Of a DNA stretch of 41,804 nucleotides, positions 8,673 through 18,815 are shown piece by piece; the first letter of the stretch is position 1; each line of letters opens with the position of its first letter. The notes under the pieces are model-generated. The model saw nothing but the letters and a program-made list of their open reading frames with translations. It searched no databases and was not told the origin of the DNA. Made by a program: the position numbers and the translations under genes. Origin of the DNA: a virus. Location of the stretch: IMG/VR virus record IMGVR_UViG_3300024895_000001, positions 1 through 41,804 of that record, one strand, 5' to 3'.

Positions 8673-9008
8673 ATGAGCCTTGCCGAAAAAATCCGCAAGG
8701 CTCGGGAAGTGAAGGTGGAAGCCGGTGGCTTCTCCTTCACCGTCCGGCGTCCGACGGCCCTTGAAATGATGGAGCTGCAAAAGCAATCCGCGGCCCGTGC
8801 TGTCATCCCCTTCGTTGTTGGCTGGGGAGAAGAGGTCACCGAGCTTGCCATGTTCGGCACCGGTGCACCGCACCCCGTGCCCTTCGATCCGGCTGTCTGC
8901 TTCGAATGGCTGCAGGATCGCCTCGACCTTCTTGCCGTGCTCATCAAGGCCGTCTTCCAGGCCTACGAAGATCACCAGGTCAAGCTGGCGGAACTCACAA
9001 AAAACTGA
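8673..9008 (+). CDS. Tail assembly chaperone (gpG analogue)
   Basis: 111-aa acidic ORF between the major tail and tape measure genes. It ends ACA AAA AAC TGA with a slippery heptamer. Confidence 0.75.
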   Translation: MSLAEKIRKAREVKVEAGGFSFTVRRPTALEMMELQKQSAARAVIPFVVGWGEEVTELAMFGTGAPHPVPFDPAVCFEWLQDRLDLLAVLIKAVFQAYEDHQVKLAELTKN

Positions 9009-9214
9009 CGGCGTGGCTTGAGGGGCAAGACCTGCCGGGAGCCCTCAAGCCCGCCCACCAATCACCGGAAGTCGGGCTGGCCATTCACGCATGGAATCTG
9101 TGCGGCGGCATGGACTGGTCCGCCATTCCTGTCGTTGCTGAAATTCTCGGCTACGCCGACATCGAGCTGCTGATTGCCCAGCTAACGGTGATCAGAGACC
9201 ACCCAAAGGAATAG
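8673..9214 (+). CDS. Tail assembly chaperone frameshift product (gpGT analogue; -1 shift at 8999-9005)
   Basis: The -1 frame is open from the slip site to 9214 and reads ...KKLTAWLEGQDLPG.... The frame goes from phase 0 to phase 2, which is a -1 shift. Confidence 0.7.
8999..9005 (+). promoter_or_regulatory. Programmed -1 ribosomal frameshift slippery heptamer A_AAA_AAC
   Basis: The X_XXY_YYZ pattern is in the correct zero-frame register (AC[A AAA AAC] TGA), 3 nt before the G stop codon. Confidence 0.7.
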
Positions 9215-9217
9215 ACC

Positions 9218-11527
9218 ATGGCCCTCGCGACGCTATCCATCGACCTGGAAGCCAAGCTCGCCAGCCTGGAGCGCGACTTCGCCCGCGCCTCCCGGCTCGC
9301 CGAAGACAATGCCCGGCGCATTCAGTCCTCCTATGCCAATGTCGGCAAGACGTTTCAGGAACTGGGCGCCACGCTGGCCGGTGCGGTCGGCGTCAACTTC
9401 ACCGTCTCGCTGGTGCAAAGCGCCATCGATGCCCAGGACCACCTGAAAGACCTGAGCAAATCGACCTCCCTGACTGTCGAGCAGTTAGCCGGCCTCAGCT
9501 CCATGGCCAACAAGACCGGCACCGATATCGACGGCATCGCCGATTCGATCAACAAGCTGTCGGTCAACATGGGCAAGGATTCTGAGAAGTTCGCCAAGAT
9601 CGGGATCAGTGCCAAAGACCCCATCGAAGCCTTCAAGCAGCTCGCCGACATCTACAACGCCATCGAAGACCCGCAAACCCGCGCCGCCTTCGCTGCCGAA
9701 GCCCTGGGCAAGTCCTGGAAGTCCGCCGCCCCGGCGCTGTCCGAGGGCGGCAAGGCGATTGGCGAGATGGTCGAGCGTGGCCAGAAGCTGGCCGGGATCA
9801 CCAAGGAAACGGCGGATCGCGCCGATGAGCTGAACGACACCATCACCGATTTGAAAGGTGTGGTCGGCGGGTTGGCGACAAAGTTTGCCAATAGCCTGGT
9901 GCCATCGTTGACGGATACGGCCAAGGAAATGACCAAAGCGATCGAGAAAGGCGACTCGCTATGGGCGCTACTGCGCGGTCTTGCTGGTCTTGGCAAGCTT
10001 CCTTTTGACGCGATCTTTGGCGACATCGATATGTCGCAAGGCGCGTTTCAGAGAGACCTTGAGAACACGCTGGCTCAATTGGAAGGGCAGCGCAAACAGG
10101 TTGACGCCAATGGTGGGCTGCTCAACAAATGGCTGTATGGCTCAACCGAAGAGCTCGACAAGAAGATACTCGTCACGCGCAACCAACTGGAAGCGCTGAA
10201 GAAATTCGGCGACAAAATGACGGCGCCGGTTTCTGAGGTGGCGCCTACCAACCCTGCGAAAAAGCCAAATAGAAGGGCCGTAAGGAAATTTATCGATGGC
10301 GATGAAGAAAAGGCAAAATCCGACCCCCACGCCAACGACTACACCGCGCTGATCCGTTCGCTGAACGAAAAGATCGCCGTCCAGACCGAGGATCTGCAGA
10401 GCGTCGAGCAACTCACCCAGGCGCAGAAGGATTACGCCAAGTACCAGGCCGACATCGCCTCCGGTGCCGTGGTCCTGACCGAGGCCCAGAAGCAGGTCGC
10501 CGGGTCGTTCTGGGAAGTCTATCTCGCCCGTACCAAGCAGAACGAAGCCGAGAAAGCCGGCGAGAAAGCCGGCGCGCTGGTCGATGACTACAAGCGCGGC
10601 AACGCCATCATCCTGGAGCGCATCGCCCGAGAGCAGGAACTGGCCCTGATGACCGACCGCCAGCGCACCATCGCCGAAGCGCTGTATCGCGTCGAAGACG
10701 ACGGCCAGAAGATCCGCGAGCGCATCATTCATGACATCCAGGACGAAACCGCGCAAAAGATCGCCCTGGCCAGGGCCGAAGAAGAACTGGCTGTCCAGAA
10801 AGACAAGGTTTCCGAAGCCGTCGCCCGCAGCTTCGATCAACAGCGCGATTTCGAATTCGGCTGGAAGAAAGCGTTCCGTTCATACGAAGATGAAGCCACC
10901 AACGCCGCCAGGAACGCCGAAAGCATCTATCGCACCGCCACCGATTCCATGGCCGAAGTCGCCACGCGATTTGCCATGGGGCAAAAGGCTACCTTCAACG
11001 ACATCGCCGGCAGCTTCATGCAGATGATCATCAAGATGCAGATGCAGGCTGCCGCCTCCGGCTTGATGGGCTATCTGAACAACGCTTTCGGCTTCGGCGC
11101 CAAAGCCACGCCGACAGGCCTGGATTCCTTGCCATCGTCGGTCAATACAACCTTCAGCGCCCTGGGGAACGTCTTCACCTCGCCGTCGCTGTCGGCCTTC
11201 TCCGGAACTGTTGTGTCCAAGCCGACGACGTTCTGGGCCAATGGCGGCAACGTCATGGGCGAGGCTGGCCCGGAGGGGATTTTCCCGCTGAAACGTGGAA
11301 AAAACGGGAAGCTCGGCGTATCCGTCGAAGGCGAGGCTGGCATATCGGTCGTCATCAATAACAACGGCACCCCGCAAACCGTGACTGGCCAGCGTCAGGT
11401 CGTCGATTCACGGGGTCGGCGATCGCTCATGCTTGATTTGTCCGATGCCATTGCCGGCCAGCTCTCCACGCCCGGCAGCGCCGTCAATCGCGCTGGCCGC
11501 TCGCCAACCATGATCCGGAGGGGCTGA
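9218..11527 (+). CDS. Tape measure protein
   Basis: 769-aa largely helical ORF immediately after the G/GT pair, with a Gly/hydrophobic C-terminal part. Confidence 0.85.
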   Translation: MALATLSIDLEAKLASLERDFARASRLAEDNARRIQSSYANVGKTFQELGATLAGAVGVNFTVSLVQSAIDAQDHLKDLSKSTSLTVEQLAGLSSMANKTGTDIDGIADSINKLSVNMGKDSEKFAKIGISAKDPIEAFKQLADIYNAIEDPQTRAAFAAEALGKSWKSAAPALSEGGKAIGEMVERGQKLAGITKETADRADELNDTITDLKGVVGGLATKFANSLVPSLTDTAKEMTKAIEKGDSLWALLRGLAGLGKLPFDAIFGDIDMSQGAFQRDLENTLAQLEGQRKQVDANGGLLNKWLYGSTEELDKKILVTRNQLEALKKFGDKMTAPVSEVAPTNPAKKPNRRAVRKFIDGDEEKAKSDPHANDYTALIRSLNEKIAVQTEDLQSVEQLTQAQKDYAKYQADIASGAVVLTEAQKQVAGSFWEVYLARTKQNEAEKAGEKAGALVDDYKRGNAIILERIAREQELALMTDRQRTIAEALYRVEDDGQKIRERIIHDIQDETAQKIALARAEEELAVQKDKVSEAVARSFDQQRDFEFGWKKAFRSYEDEATNAARNAESIYRTATDSMAEVATRFAMGQKATFNDIAGSFMQMIIKMQMQAAASGLMGYLNNAFGFGAKATPTGLDSLPSSVNTTFSALGNVFTSPSLSAFSGTVVSKPTTFWANGGNVMGEAGPEGIFPLKRGKNGKLGVSVEGEAGISVVINNNGTPQTVTGQRQVVDSRGRRSLMLDLSDAIAGQLSTPGSAVNRAGRSPTMIRRG

Positions 11528-11528
11528 C

Positions 11529-11894
11529 ATGGCCGCCTACACCTGGCCGACGACGCTGCCGCAGGAAACGCTGGCGAACGGGTTCACCGAGTCGCTGGTC
11601 GTCAATACCGTCAGCACGCCGATGGATAACGGCCCGGCCAAGACGCGGCGGCGCAGCGCCCGTCCGACGCCGATCCAGTGCTCGTTCCTGATGACCGGTG
11701 CGCAGGTCGAGATCCTGCGCGATTTCATTGTCAATACGCTGTTCTGCGTCCGCCGCTTCAACTGGAAGCACCCGCGCACCGGCGCGGCCATCGAGGTCAA
11801 GATCGTGCCGGCCAACGGTGGCGAGTACTACAGCTTGTCGCCGCGCGGCGCTGATCTGTGGAACGTGGTCATGGATATGGAAATCCTCCCGTGA
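11529..11894 (+). CDS. Minor tail protein (gpM position)
   Basis: 121-aa ORF directly after the tape measure. The call is syntenic. Confidence 0.55.
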   Translation: MAAYTWPTTLPQETLANGFTESLVVNTVSTPMDNGPAKTRRRSARPTPIQCSFLMTGAQVEILRDFIVNTLFCVRRFNWKHPRTGAAIEVKIVPANGGEYYSLSPRGADLWNVVMDMEILP

Positions 11895-12430
11895 GCCGCA
11901 CGATCTCCGCCCGGGCTCTCCGCGCGTTCTTCTCGCCCGACTGCGACGAAAACGTCATCTGCCTGCTCAAGATTTACGGCGCGAACATTGCCGAGCCGAT
12001 CTATCTGGCCGACGGCTACACCAAGCGGCTGGCAGCCCTGACGACCGACGACGATGTTGCCTATGGCGTGACCTCGGGCGGCATCGATCACCTGTTCGTG
12101 CCGTTCAACATCACGCTGCCGAACGATGAATCGGACGCCGGCCCGCGCTGCCAACTGACGATTCACAACGCCACTCGCTATATCACGCCAGTGATTCGCA
12201 CGCTCGATGGGCCGCCGACGATCCGGCTGCAGATCGTGCTGCAGGGGGTTTCTGCGGCTTCGAATGGCGAGGACGTGAGTTCGCCCGAGCTGACCATCGA
12301 CAACCTGGAACTGCAGGGCATCACCTATGACGCCGATGCCGTCACCGGCTACTTGTCGGTCGAGTCGCTGGCCAGCGAGCCTTTCCCCTGCCACACGATG
12401 AACCCAAGCACTTTCCCGGGGCTGTTTTGA
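11891..12430 (+). CDS. Minor tail protein (gpL position; DUF1833-like)
   Basis: GTGA overlap with the upstream stop. ...FFSPDCDENVICLLKIY... resembles DUF1833 phage tail proteins (from memory). Confidence 0.55.
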   Translation: MSRTISARALRAFFSPDCDENVICLLKIYGANIAEPIYLADGYTKRLAALTTDDDVAYGVTSGGIDHLFVPFNITLPNDESDAGPRCQLTIHNATRYITPVIRTLDGPPTIRLQIVLQGVSAASNGEDVSSPELTIDNLELQGITYDADAVTGYLSVESLASEPFPCHTMNPSTFPGLF

Positions 12431-15400
12431 TGCTCGATACCAACAAATACATCGGGATTCCCTACGTTGCCGGTGGCCGCACGGAAGCGGGTGCCGACTG
12501 TTGGGGCCTGGTGCGCCTGGTCTACCGGAACGAACTCGGCATCGATCTGCCTGGGCACGATGGGGTCGATCGCGACACCTGCTCGGATGCCGACCTGGTC
12601 GAGTACATGGCTGCGCATCGCGAGAACTGGGAGCGCGTCAAGGTGCCGGAAGTCGGCGATCTGATTCGCCTGAGCATGGCCGGATACGATCTCCACGTCG
12701 GCGTGGTCACCGCGCCGGGCTGGTTTATCCACGCCCGCGCCGATCACGATGTCGTCGTCGAGAAATATACCGCCACGCGCTGGTCGCAGAGGATCGAGGG
12801 CTTCTACCGCTATTCGCCGAACGCGGCCGGCATCACTGTCTCCGGCTGTCCGCATCCGCTCAAGATGCAGCGCATCGACGGGCTGGCTGCAGTCGGCGAC
12901 AAGCTCGGCGATGTCATCGCAGCGCATTGCAAGGACACGCCGGCCGAACTGATCCAGAACGGGGTCGCGTTCGTCAATGCGCAGCGGGTCGATTACGCCG
13001 ACTGGCCGGCCTATACGCTGGCCGATGGCGATGTGGTCGAATTCCGCATCTTCCCCGGCAAGTCGCAGGACGAGCGCCTGCTGACCTCGGCGGTCATCAT
13101 GGCGGTGGCGTGGTGGGCCGGCGGTCAGGTGGCCGCTGCATGGGGTAATGGTGGAGCCATCGGCACGGCTGGTTCTGCCGGATGGGGCGTCGGTACGGGC
13201 ATTTCGGCAGCAACGGCCGGGGCCATCGCCCAGGGCGCCGTGTCGCTGCTCGGCAATGCCCTGGTCAATGCCATCGCGCCGATCCGTCCGCCGTCTGCCG
13301 GGCCGGCGGCCAAGCCGCAATACCTGCTGGCTGGCGGTCAAAACCAGCCGACGCCCTACGGTGCCATCCCGGTGGTGCTTGGCACCCACGACTTCACGGC
13401 GCCGCTCGGCGCAAACACCTTCATCAGCTCGGACGGTCACGACCGCTTCCTGCACATGCTGGTCATCTGGGGCTACGGGCCGCTGGATATCAACAACTTG
13501 CGCATCGGCCAGACGCCGATCTCGAGCTACGAAGATGTCACGATCTACAGCCTGCAGGGTGATGCCAACGAGTTTATCGACGGTCATCTCGACTGGACCC
13601 GGCAGGAAGTCAAGAACCTGCTCAACATCTACGGTTCGGACGTCTATCAGGATCGGCCGGAAGCTGAGATAACGACCGATCTCCTGACCCGGACGACGAC
13701 CTCGACTAACCTGAACCGCATGAGTCTGTTGCTGACCTTCCCGCAAGGTCTGACCAACATGGATCACTACAACGACGACATGGGCGAGTTGACGCCTCAG
13801 TCGGTGATCGTTGTCTTTGAATATCGCCGACTCGGTTATTTCAATACCAGCGGCGTCTGGGTGCCGGTCAGCGAGGCGTGGAAGGACAACTTCGCCAACG
13901 TGCCCGGGATGCCGGACACGCTGATGGGTTACGCCGATATTGAAACAGGCCTATACGGCGGCGACGGCATCATCGTGCTGCGCGACCGCAACAAGCTGGT
14001 GTTCAAGCCAACCCAGTATTCAACTACTGTCGGAAATTACGCATTACCGAACAACCCGGCTGAAAACGAGGTTTTGATCTACACGATCAAGCCGGATGGC
14101 TCGCACACCCAGCACAACACCGGTCTTTACACCGGGTTCGCGCTGACCAAGCACACCGTCACCGAAACGGTCACCGAAGACAATCCGGAGGGCGGCACCT
14201 ACACGCGGACGATCACCGCGCTCTGGTATTCGGTCGGCGGCGCCGCAGTCGTCGATTTCAACCAATTCACCGACGCCACCCGCGACCCGTTCGACAAGAT
14301 CATCGATATCCACCTGGATGCCGAGCCGGGTCAGTACGAATACCGAGTCCGTCGCACGGTTGCGGAAACCACGACCGACGGCGCCGCCGACAAGGTGCTG
14401 CTGATGGCGGTCACCGAGTATTCGGACAACGTCAGGCCGATCAACCCGCCCAAGCCGCTGGCGATGACGGCGCTGAAGATCCGGGCGACCGATCAACTTA
14501 ACGGCACGCTCGACGGCCTGACCGCCACGCTCTCGACCCGCCAGTTGTGCTGGAACGGCACCAGCTGGGTCACGCCCGGGGCAACGACGCGCCGCAACAA
14601 CCCGGCATCGCTGTTCCTCTACGTGCTGCGCCATCCGGCCAATGCCAAGCCGGTGCCGTACTCACAGATCGACATGGCCGCCCTGCAGCACTGGTCCGAG
14701 TTCTGCGACACGAAGGGCTTCATTTACGAAAACGTGATCAACGGCCAGCGACCGTTGCGCGAAGTGCTGGCCGACATCGCCGCCGCCGGCCGTGCTTCCA
14801 TCGCCATGCCGGACGGCAAATGGTCTGTGGTCATTGACGAACCGAAGACGCAGATCGTCCAGCACTTCACCCCGGCGAATTCCTGGGGCTTCAAGGGCAC
14901 CCGCCTGCTGCCGAAGCTGCCGCACGGCCTGCGCGTCAATTTCAACAACCGGCGCAAGGACTACCAGCCGGACGAGATGATCGTCTATGCCGATGGCTAC
15001 AACGCGTCGAACGCCACGCTGCTGGAGTCGATCGAGTTGCCTGGTGTCACCGACGGCATCACCGACACGGGCGGGGCGGGGCCGGTCTTCAAGCTGGCCC
15101 GGCATCACATGGAGCAGATCATCCTCCGCCCAGAGGAATACGAACTCTACGCCGACATCGAAGCCGTTATCTGCACGCGAGGGGATCGCGTGAAGGTGGC
15201 GCACGATATCCCGATGTGGGGCCTTGGCTCTGGCCGTATCAAGTCGGTGATCGGCGATGTGACCGGCGTCGTCATTGACGAGCCGATGCAGATGGAAGCC
15301 GGCAAGAACTACACGATCCGCTGGCGCACGGCGGCCGGGGCCAGCAACACGGCCACGATCACCGGCGCTACGGGGATGTTCTCGACGCTGAACTTCACGA

Positions 15401-16998
15401 CCACGATCAGCAGCAACAAGCCGGCGGCTGGCGATACGTTCATGTTCGGCGAACTGAACAGCGAGTCAGTCGATTGCCTGGTCAAGGCCATCGAACCGCT
15501 GCCCGGCCTGCAGGCCCGCCTGTTGCTCTGCGACTACGCGCCGGCCGTGTTCGATGCCGAAAACAAGCCGTTCGGGACGTGGTCCAGCCAGATCACCGAG
15601 CCGCCGCCGCTGTTGCAGAAGGCGATCAACCAGAAGCCGCTGATCAGCGGGGTGGTGACGGACGAGGGCGCCCTGATCAAGTCAGGGAATTCCTATGTCT
15701 CAAACATCCTGGTCAAGTTCTCGACCAACCGGGCAACGAGTTCGCTGACCGGATCGAGCGAGGCGATCAACAAGTATGTCGATACGGTCGAGGCGCAGTA
15801 TCGCCTGACCGGCTCGACGCGGGCCGTCTGGAAGACGGTGCCGAAGGTGGCGGCAAAAACAGGCCGCATCCATATCGGCCCGATGACCGACAAGAACACC
15901 TACGACATCCGCCTGCGCTTCATCGGCATTGACGGTCGGGTGGGGCCGTGGGTCACCCGGACCTCGGTCTATGTGTCCGGCAAGACCAACCCGCCGCCCG
16001 ATGTCACGTCCTTCCTGATCAACGGCAAGACGCTGACCTGGCCGAAGAGCACGGCCATCGATGTGATCGGCTACAAGCTGCGCTTCCAGCAGGGCAACAG
16101 CCGCGAATGGGGATCGGCCGGCAAGCTGCACGAAGGCATCGTCACCGATTCGCCTTTCACGCTGAAGACGATTCCTGTGGGCCTGACCACGGTCATGATC
16201 AAGGCGGTCGATGCGGTCGGTCTGGAGTCGAAGAACGCAGCCTACGTGGTCACGAACTTCGGTGACGCCGTCGTCGCCAACGTCGTGGAGTCCTACGACT
16301 TCAAGGCCAACGGGTTCCCCGGCACGCTGACGAACACGACGCTGTCGGGCGGCAATCTGGTTGCCAATGGAAGTTCCGTTTTTTACGGCCCCGATAAGGA
16401 TGTGTTCTACAAGCAGAACGGTTCGCCGTTCTATGTCGACACCTATTGGGGCCTCGAATACGTCACTCCTGTCTATGTCCCGACAGATGCGGCCGAGGGC
16501 AGGACCATGACGCTTTCCTGGTCGGTGGCCGGAGGGTCGTCCTCGGTCTATTACCGGATGGATGGGCATCTGCCTTTCTACGGCGACGATCTCGACGATT
16601 TTTACGGCGCTGACGACGAACCGTTCTACGACCCGCCGACGGACTGGTTTATCTGGCCCGGGGCGCTGGCGGTGACCGGTGGTGGCTACCAGTTCTCGGT
16701 GATCACGATAGATGGCCCTGTCCAGGGTGTCTTGTCGGCACTGACGCTCAACATCGACGTGCCCGACAAAGTCGTCCGCCTGAACGACGTCGCCATTGCT
16801 GCCGTCGGCACTCGACTGACCGATGTTATTGGTCAGTTTACGGTCATCAAGAATATCTCCCTAACGCTCCAAAACTCGACGGCTGACCGCGTGTATGCCG
16901 AAGACAAGGACCCGACTCTCGGGCCAATGATCAAGGCAACAGCCGCCGGGTCGGGGGTTTCAGCAATCGTTGATGTGACTATACAAGGATACAAATAA
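12430..16998 (+). CDS. Fused tail-tip protein: NlpC/P60 peptidase (gpK-like) + gpI-like beta-grasp/Gly-rich hydrophobic segment + host-specificity protein J-like body
   Basis: The N-terminus GIPYVAGGRTEAGADCWGLVRLVY...DLHVGVV is the NlpC/P60 Cys-His signature. It is followed by ...DGDVVEFRIFPG and the hydrophobic stretch AVIMAVAWWAGG...GNALVNAIAP. Then comes a J-like stretch: GGQNQPTPYGAIPVVLGTH...LHMLVIWGYGPL. Confidence 0.75.
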   Translation: MLDTNKYIGIPYVAGGRTEAGADCWGLVRLVYRNELGIDLPGHDGVDRDTCSDADLVEYMAAHRENWERVKVPEVGDLIRLSMAGYDLHVGVVTAPGWFIHARADHDVVVEKYTATRWSQRIEGFYRYSPNAAGITVSGCPHPLKMQRIDGLAAVGDKLGDVIAAHCKDTPAELIQNGVAFVNAQRVDYADWPAYTLADGDVVEFRIFPGKSQDERLLTSAVIMAVAWWAGGQVAAAWGNGGAIGTAGSAGWGVGTGISAATAGAIAQGAVSLLGNALVNAIAPIRPPSAGPAAKPQYLLAGGQNQPTPYGAIPVVLGTHDFTAPLGANTFISSDGHDRFLHMLVIWGYGPLDINNLRIGQTPISSYEDVTIYSLQGDANEFIDGHLDWTRQEVKNLLNIYGSDVYQDRPEAEITTDLLTRTTTSTNLNRMSLLLTFPQGLTNMDHYNDDMGELTPQSVIVVFEYRRLGYFNTSGVWVPVSEAWKDNFANVPGMPDTLMGYADIETGLYGGDGIIVLRDRNKLVFKPTQYSTTVGNYALPNNPAENEVLIYTIKPDGSHTQHNTGLYTGFALTKHTVTETVTEDNPEGGTYTRTITALWYSVGGAAVVDFNQFTDATRDPFDKIIDIHLDAEPGQYEYRVRRTVAETTTDGAADKVLLMAVTEYSDNVRPINPPKPLAMTALKIRATDQLNGTLDGLTATLSTRQLCWNGTSWVTPGATTRRNNPASLFLYVLRHPANAKPVPYSQIDMAALQHWSEFCDTKGFIYENVINGQRPLREVLADIAAAGRASIAMPDGKWSVVIDEPKTQIVQHFTPANSWGFKGTRLLPKLPHGLRVNFNNRRKDYQPDEMIVYADGYNASNATLLESIELPGVTDGITDTGGAGPVFKLARHHMEQIILRPEEYELYADIEAVICTRGDRVKVAHDIPMWGLGSGRIKSVIGDVTGVVIDEPMQMEAGKNYTIRWRTAAGASNTATITGATGMFSTLNFTTTISSNKPAAGDTFMFGELNSESVDCLVKAIEPLPGLQARLLLCDYAPAVFDAENKPFGTWSSQITEPPPLLQKAINQKPLISGVVTDEGALIKSGNSYVSNILVKFSTNRATSSLTGSSEAINKYVDTVEAQYRLTGSTRAVWKTVPKVAAKTGRIHIGPMTDKNTYDIRLRFIGIDGRVGPWVTRTSVYVSGKTNPPPDVTSFLINGKTLTWPKSTAIDVIGYKLRFQQGNSREWGSAGKLHEGIVTDSPFTLKTIPVGLTTVMIKAVDAVGLESKNAAYVVTNFGDAVVANVVESYDFKANGFPGTLTNTTLSGGNLVANGSSVFYGPDKDVFYKQNGSPFYVDTYWGLEYVTPVYVPTDAAEGRTMTLSWSVAGGSSSVYYRMDGHLPFYGDDLDDFYGADDEPFYDPPTDWFIWPGALAVTGGGYQFSVITIDGPVQGVLSALTLNIDVPDKVVRLNDVAIAAVGTRLTDVIGQFTVIKNISLTLQNSTADRVYAEDKDPTLGPMIKATAAGSGVSAIVDVTIQGYK

Positions 16999-17753
16999 TG
17001 ACCGCTCTACCAGCAAAGAACGTATTGGATGGATCGAAGATTCCAGCCCCGCTTACGGAAGATATGAAAGCCGCTCAGGGGCAGGTATGGGATTTCCTTG
17101 CCGGGTTGTTTGGTTCAGCCGGAACAGTCGCAGTGGCATGGAAAACCCTGTCGGCTGGCGGGGATGTCACGCTCGGCGACAATGCCGGCCTGAACGTCAA
17201 TCTGAAGGCTGGGGTTGCCGGCACCATCGGCGCGATCAACTGGACGTTCAACACCACGTCAACGTCGTATGGATCGATCTCGCTGCCCTACGATACGCGA
17301 ACCACGGTCGGCCTGAAGATTGAGTCCGCCGCCTACCCTATCACCCAGAATTCCGGTAACGGTCACTTCTTCCAGGAAGACGGTGTCACGCACACGACGC
17401 TGGATACGGGTGGCAACCTGCTGCAGAAGCAAGCCGCGCCGGCGGCGGTCAATACGACTTCGACACTGGCGACCTCGGCCATTCTCGGGCGCATCATCAC
17501 CTCAGCCCCGGCAGGTGCAGTTTCATTGACCCTGCCGACCGGCACATCGATGGATTCCGCGCTGGCTCAGATGGCGGTGGATCAGGCGGTCGACTGGACA
17601 GTGATCAACACCAACGGCACCAACGCTTCGACCATCGTGGCGAATACCGGCCACACCGTGGTCGGCAACATGGCGGTCGCGCCCAACGTGTCGGCGGTAT
17701 TCCGGTCGCGCAAGACGGCGGCCAATACCTTCGTCACCTACCGAGTGAGCTGA
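16998..17753 (+). CDS. Hypothetical tail-associated protein (fibre position downstream of J-like gene)
   Basis: 251-aa ORF with an ATGA-type overlap with the J-like stop. It is Thr/Ala/Gly-rich. Confidence 0.5.
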   Translation: MTALPAKNVLDGSKIPAPLTEDMKAAQGQVWDFLAGLFGSAGTVAVAWKTLSAGGDVTLGDNAGLNVNLKAGVAGTIGAINWTFNTTSTSYGSISLPYDTRTTVGLKIESAAYPITQNSGNGHFFQEDGVTHTTLDTGGNLLQKQAAPAAVNTTSTLATSAILGRIITSAPAGAVSLTLPTGTSMDSALAQMAVDQAVDWTVINTNGTNASTIVANTGHTVVGNMAVAPNVSAVFRSRKTAANTFVTYRVS

Positions 17754-17755
17754 TC

Positions 17756-18133
17756 ATGCTGCAAGCGATTATCTGCAATCCGGATGGATCGAAGCGAGTC
17801 GTTGTCGATGGTGTTGAATCCGATGTGGAAGGCGCCGATCTCAGCGAAATGGAACTGGCGGAGGTTGAGGCGGCGGCTTATGTCGCGCCGGTCGTCCAGG
17901 TTCCCCAATCGGTGACCGCCCTGCAAGCTTTGTTGGCCATCGACGAAGCAGGAATTTCCGCTGCCTATCTGGCTTGGGCCACGTCGCCCGACAGAACCTT
18001 TGCCGATCGCGCCTTCATCGACAAGGCGCAGACCTGGCGCCGCGACGATCCGACCTTGCTAGCGGCCGCAACCTCTCTTGGGTTGAGTCCGCAGGATGTA
18101 GACGGCCTGTTCATTCTGGGTGAGACGAAATGA
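17756..18133 (+). CDS. Hypothetical protein
   Basis: 125-aa acidic ORF, tightly coupled to its neighbours. Confidence 0.5.
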   Translation: MLQAIICNPDGSKRVVVDGVESDVEGADLSEMELAEVEAAAYVAPVVQVPQSVTALQALLAIDEAGISAAYLAWATSPDRTFADRAFIDKAQTWRRDDPTLLAAATSLGLSPQDVDGLFILGETK

Positions 18134-18411
18134 ACCGCACGAACTGGGAGCATGCCTGCTACGCGCTACTGATGCAGTTGCCGTTCGGCTTGCTCGGTCA
18201 TTGGTGGACCGGAGCGGCATTCGCCATCGCCTTCTTCCTTGGCAGGGAGCATGCCCAGTGCGAGAAAAAGCTGACCCATGGCGGCCCGGTCAATGGCCTT
18301 AACCCGCTGGCCGGGTTCGCCGTGTGGCGATGGTCGCTCGATGCGCAGCTGGATCTCGCCTGTCCGGTGGTGGCGGTGGTGGTTGTGGCCTGGGTTGCAG
18401 TTCGTTTCTGA
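18130..18411 (+). CDS. Small membrane protein (lysis-cassette associated)
   Basis: 93 aa with hydrophobic stretches (LLMQLPFGLLGHWWTGAAFAIAFFLG; LACPVVAVVVVAWVAV). ATGA overlap upstream. Confidence 0.5.
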   Translation: MNRTNWEHACYALLMQLPFGLLGHWWTGAAFAIAFFLGREHAQCEKKLTHGGPVNGLNPLAGFAVWRWSLDAQLDLACPVVAVVVVAWVAVRF

Positions 18412-18452
18412 CCTTGGTCAATGGGAAAAAGAGGATTTAGAAAGGGGAATTC

Positions 18453-18815
18453 ATGCCAGAACCACATTCAAGTGCCGTCGGAATCGCCATTGGCGCCGGG
18501 ATCGGTCTGACCGGCACGGTCATGGGCGCTCAGGTCGATGCGCTGCTGATCGGGCTGGCGGCGGCCATCCTGATCAGCTTTTGGCTGCCGACCATCGATG
18601 ACCGCCGCAAAGCGGCTGCGTCGGTTGCGCTTTCCAGTCTGCTGGCGGGCTATGGCTCACCGGTGGCGGCGGCCTGGCTGGCTGCCGATCATGCCGAACT
18701 ATCGTCTGGCTCTCCGTTGCGCTTGCTTTTGGCGCTGCTGATCGGGGGGGCTGGTCCAACGGTCGTGCCGGCCGCGCTCGGTATGGCAAGACGCAAAGTG
18801 GAGGCTCAGCAATGA
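18453..18815 (+). CDS. Putative holin (multi-TM membrane protein)
   Basis: 120 aa with about 3 predicted hydrophobic helices and a basic C-terminus (ARRKVEAQQ). It lies two genes upstream of the endolysin. Confidence 0.55.
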   Translation: MPEPHSSAVGIAIGAGIGLTGTVMGAQVDALLIGLAAAILISFWLPTIDDRRKAAASVALSSLLAGYGSPVAAAWLAADHAELSSGSPLRLLLALLIGGAGPTVVPAALGMARRKVEAQQ

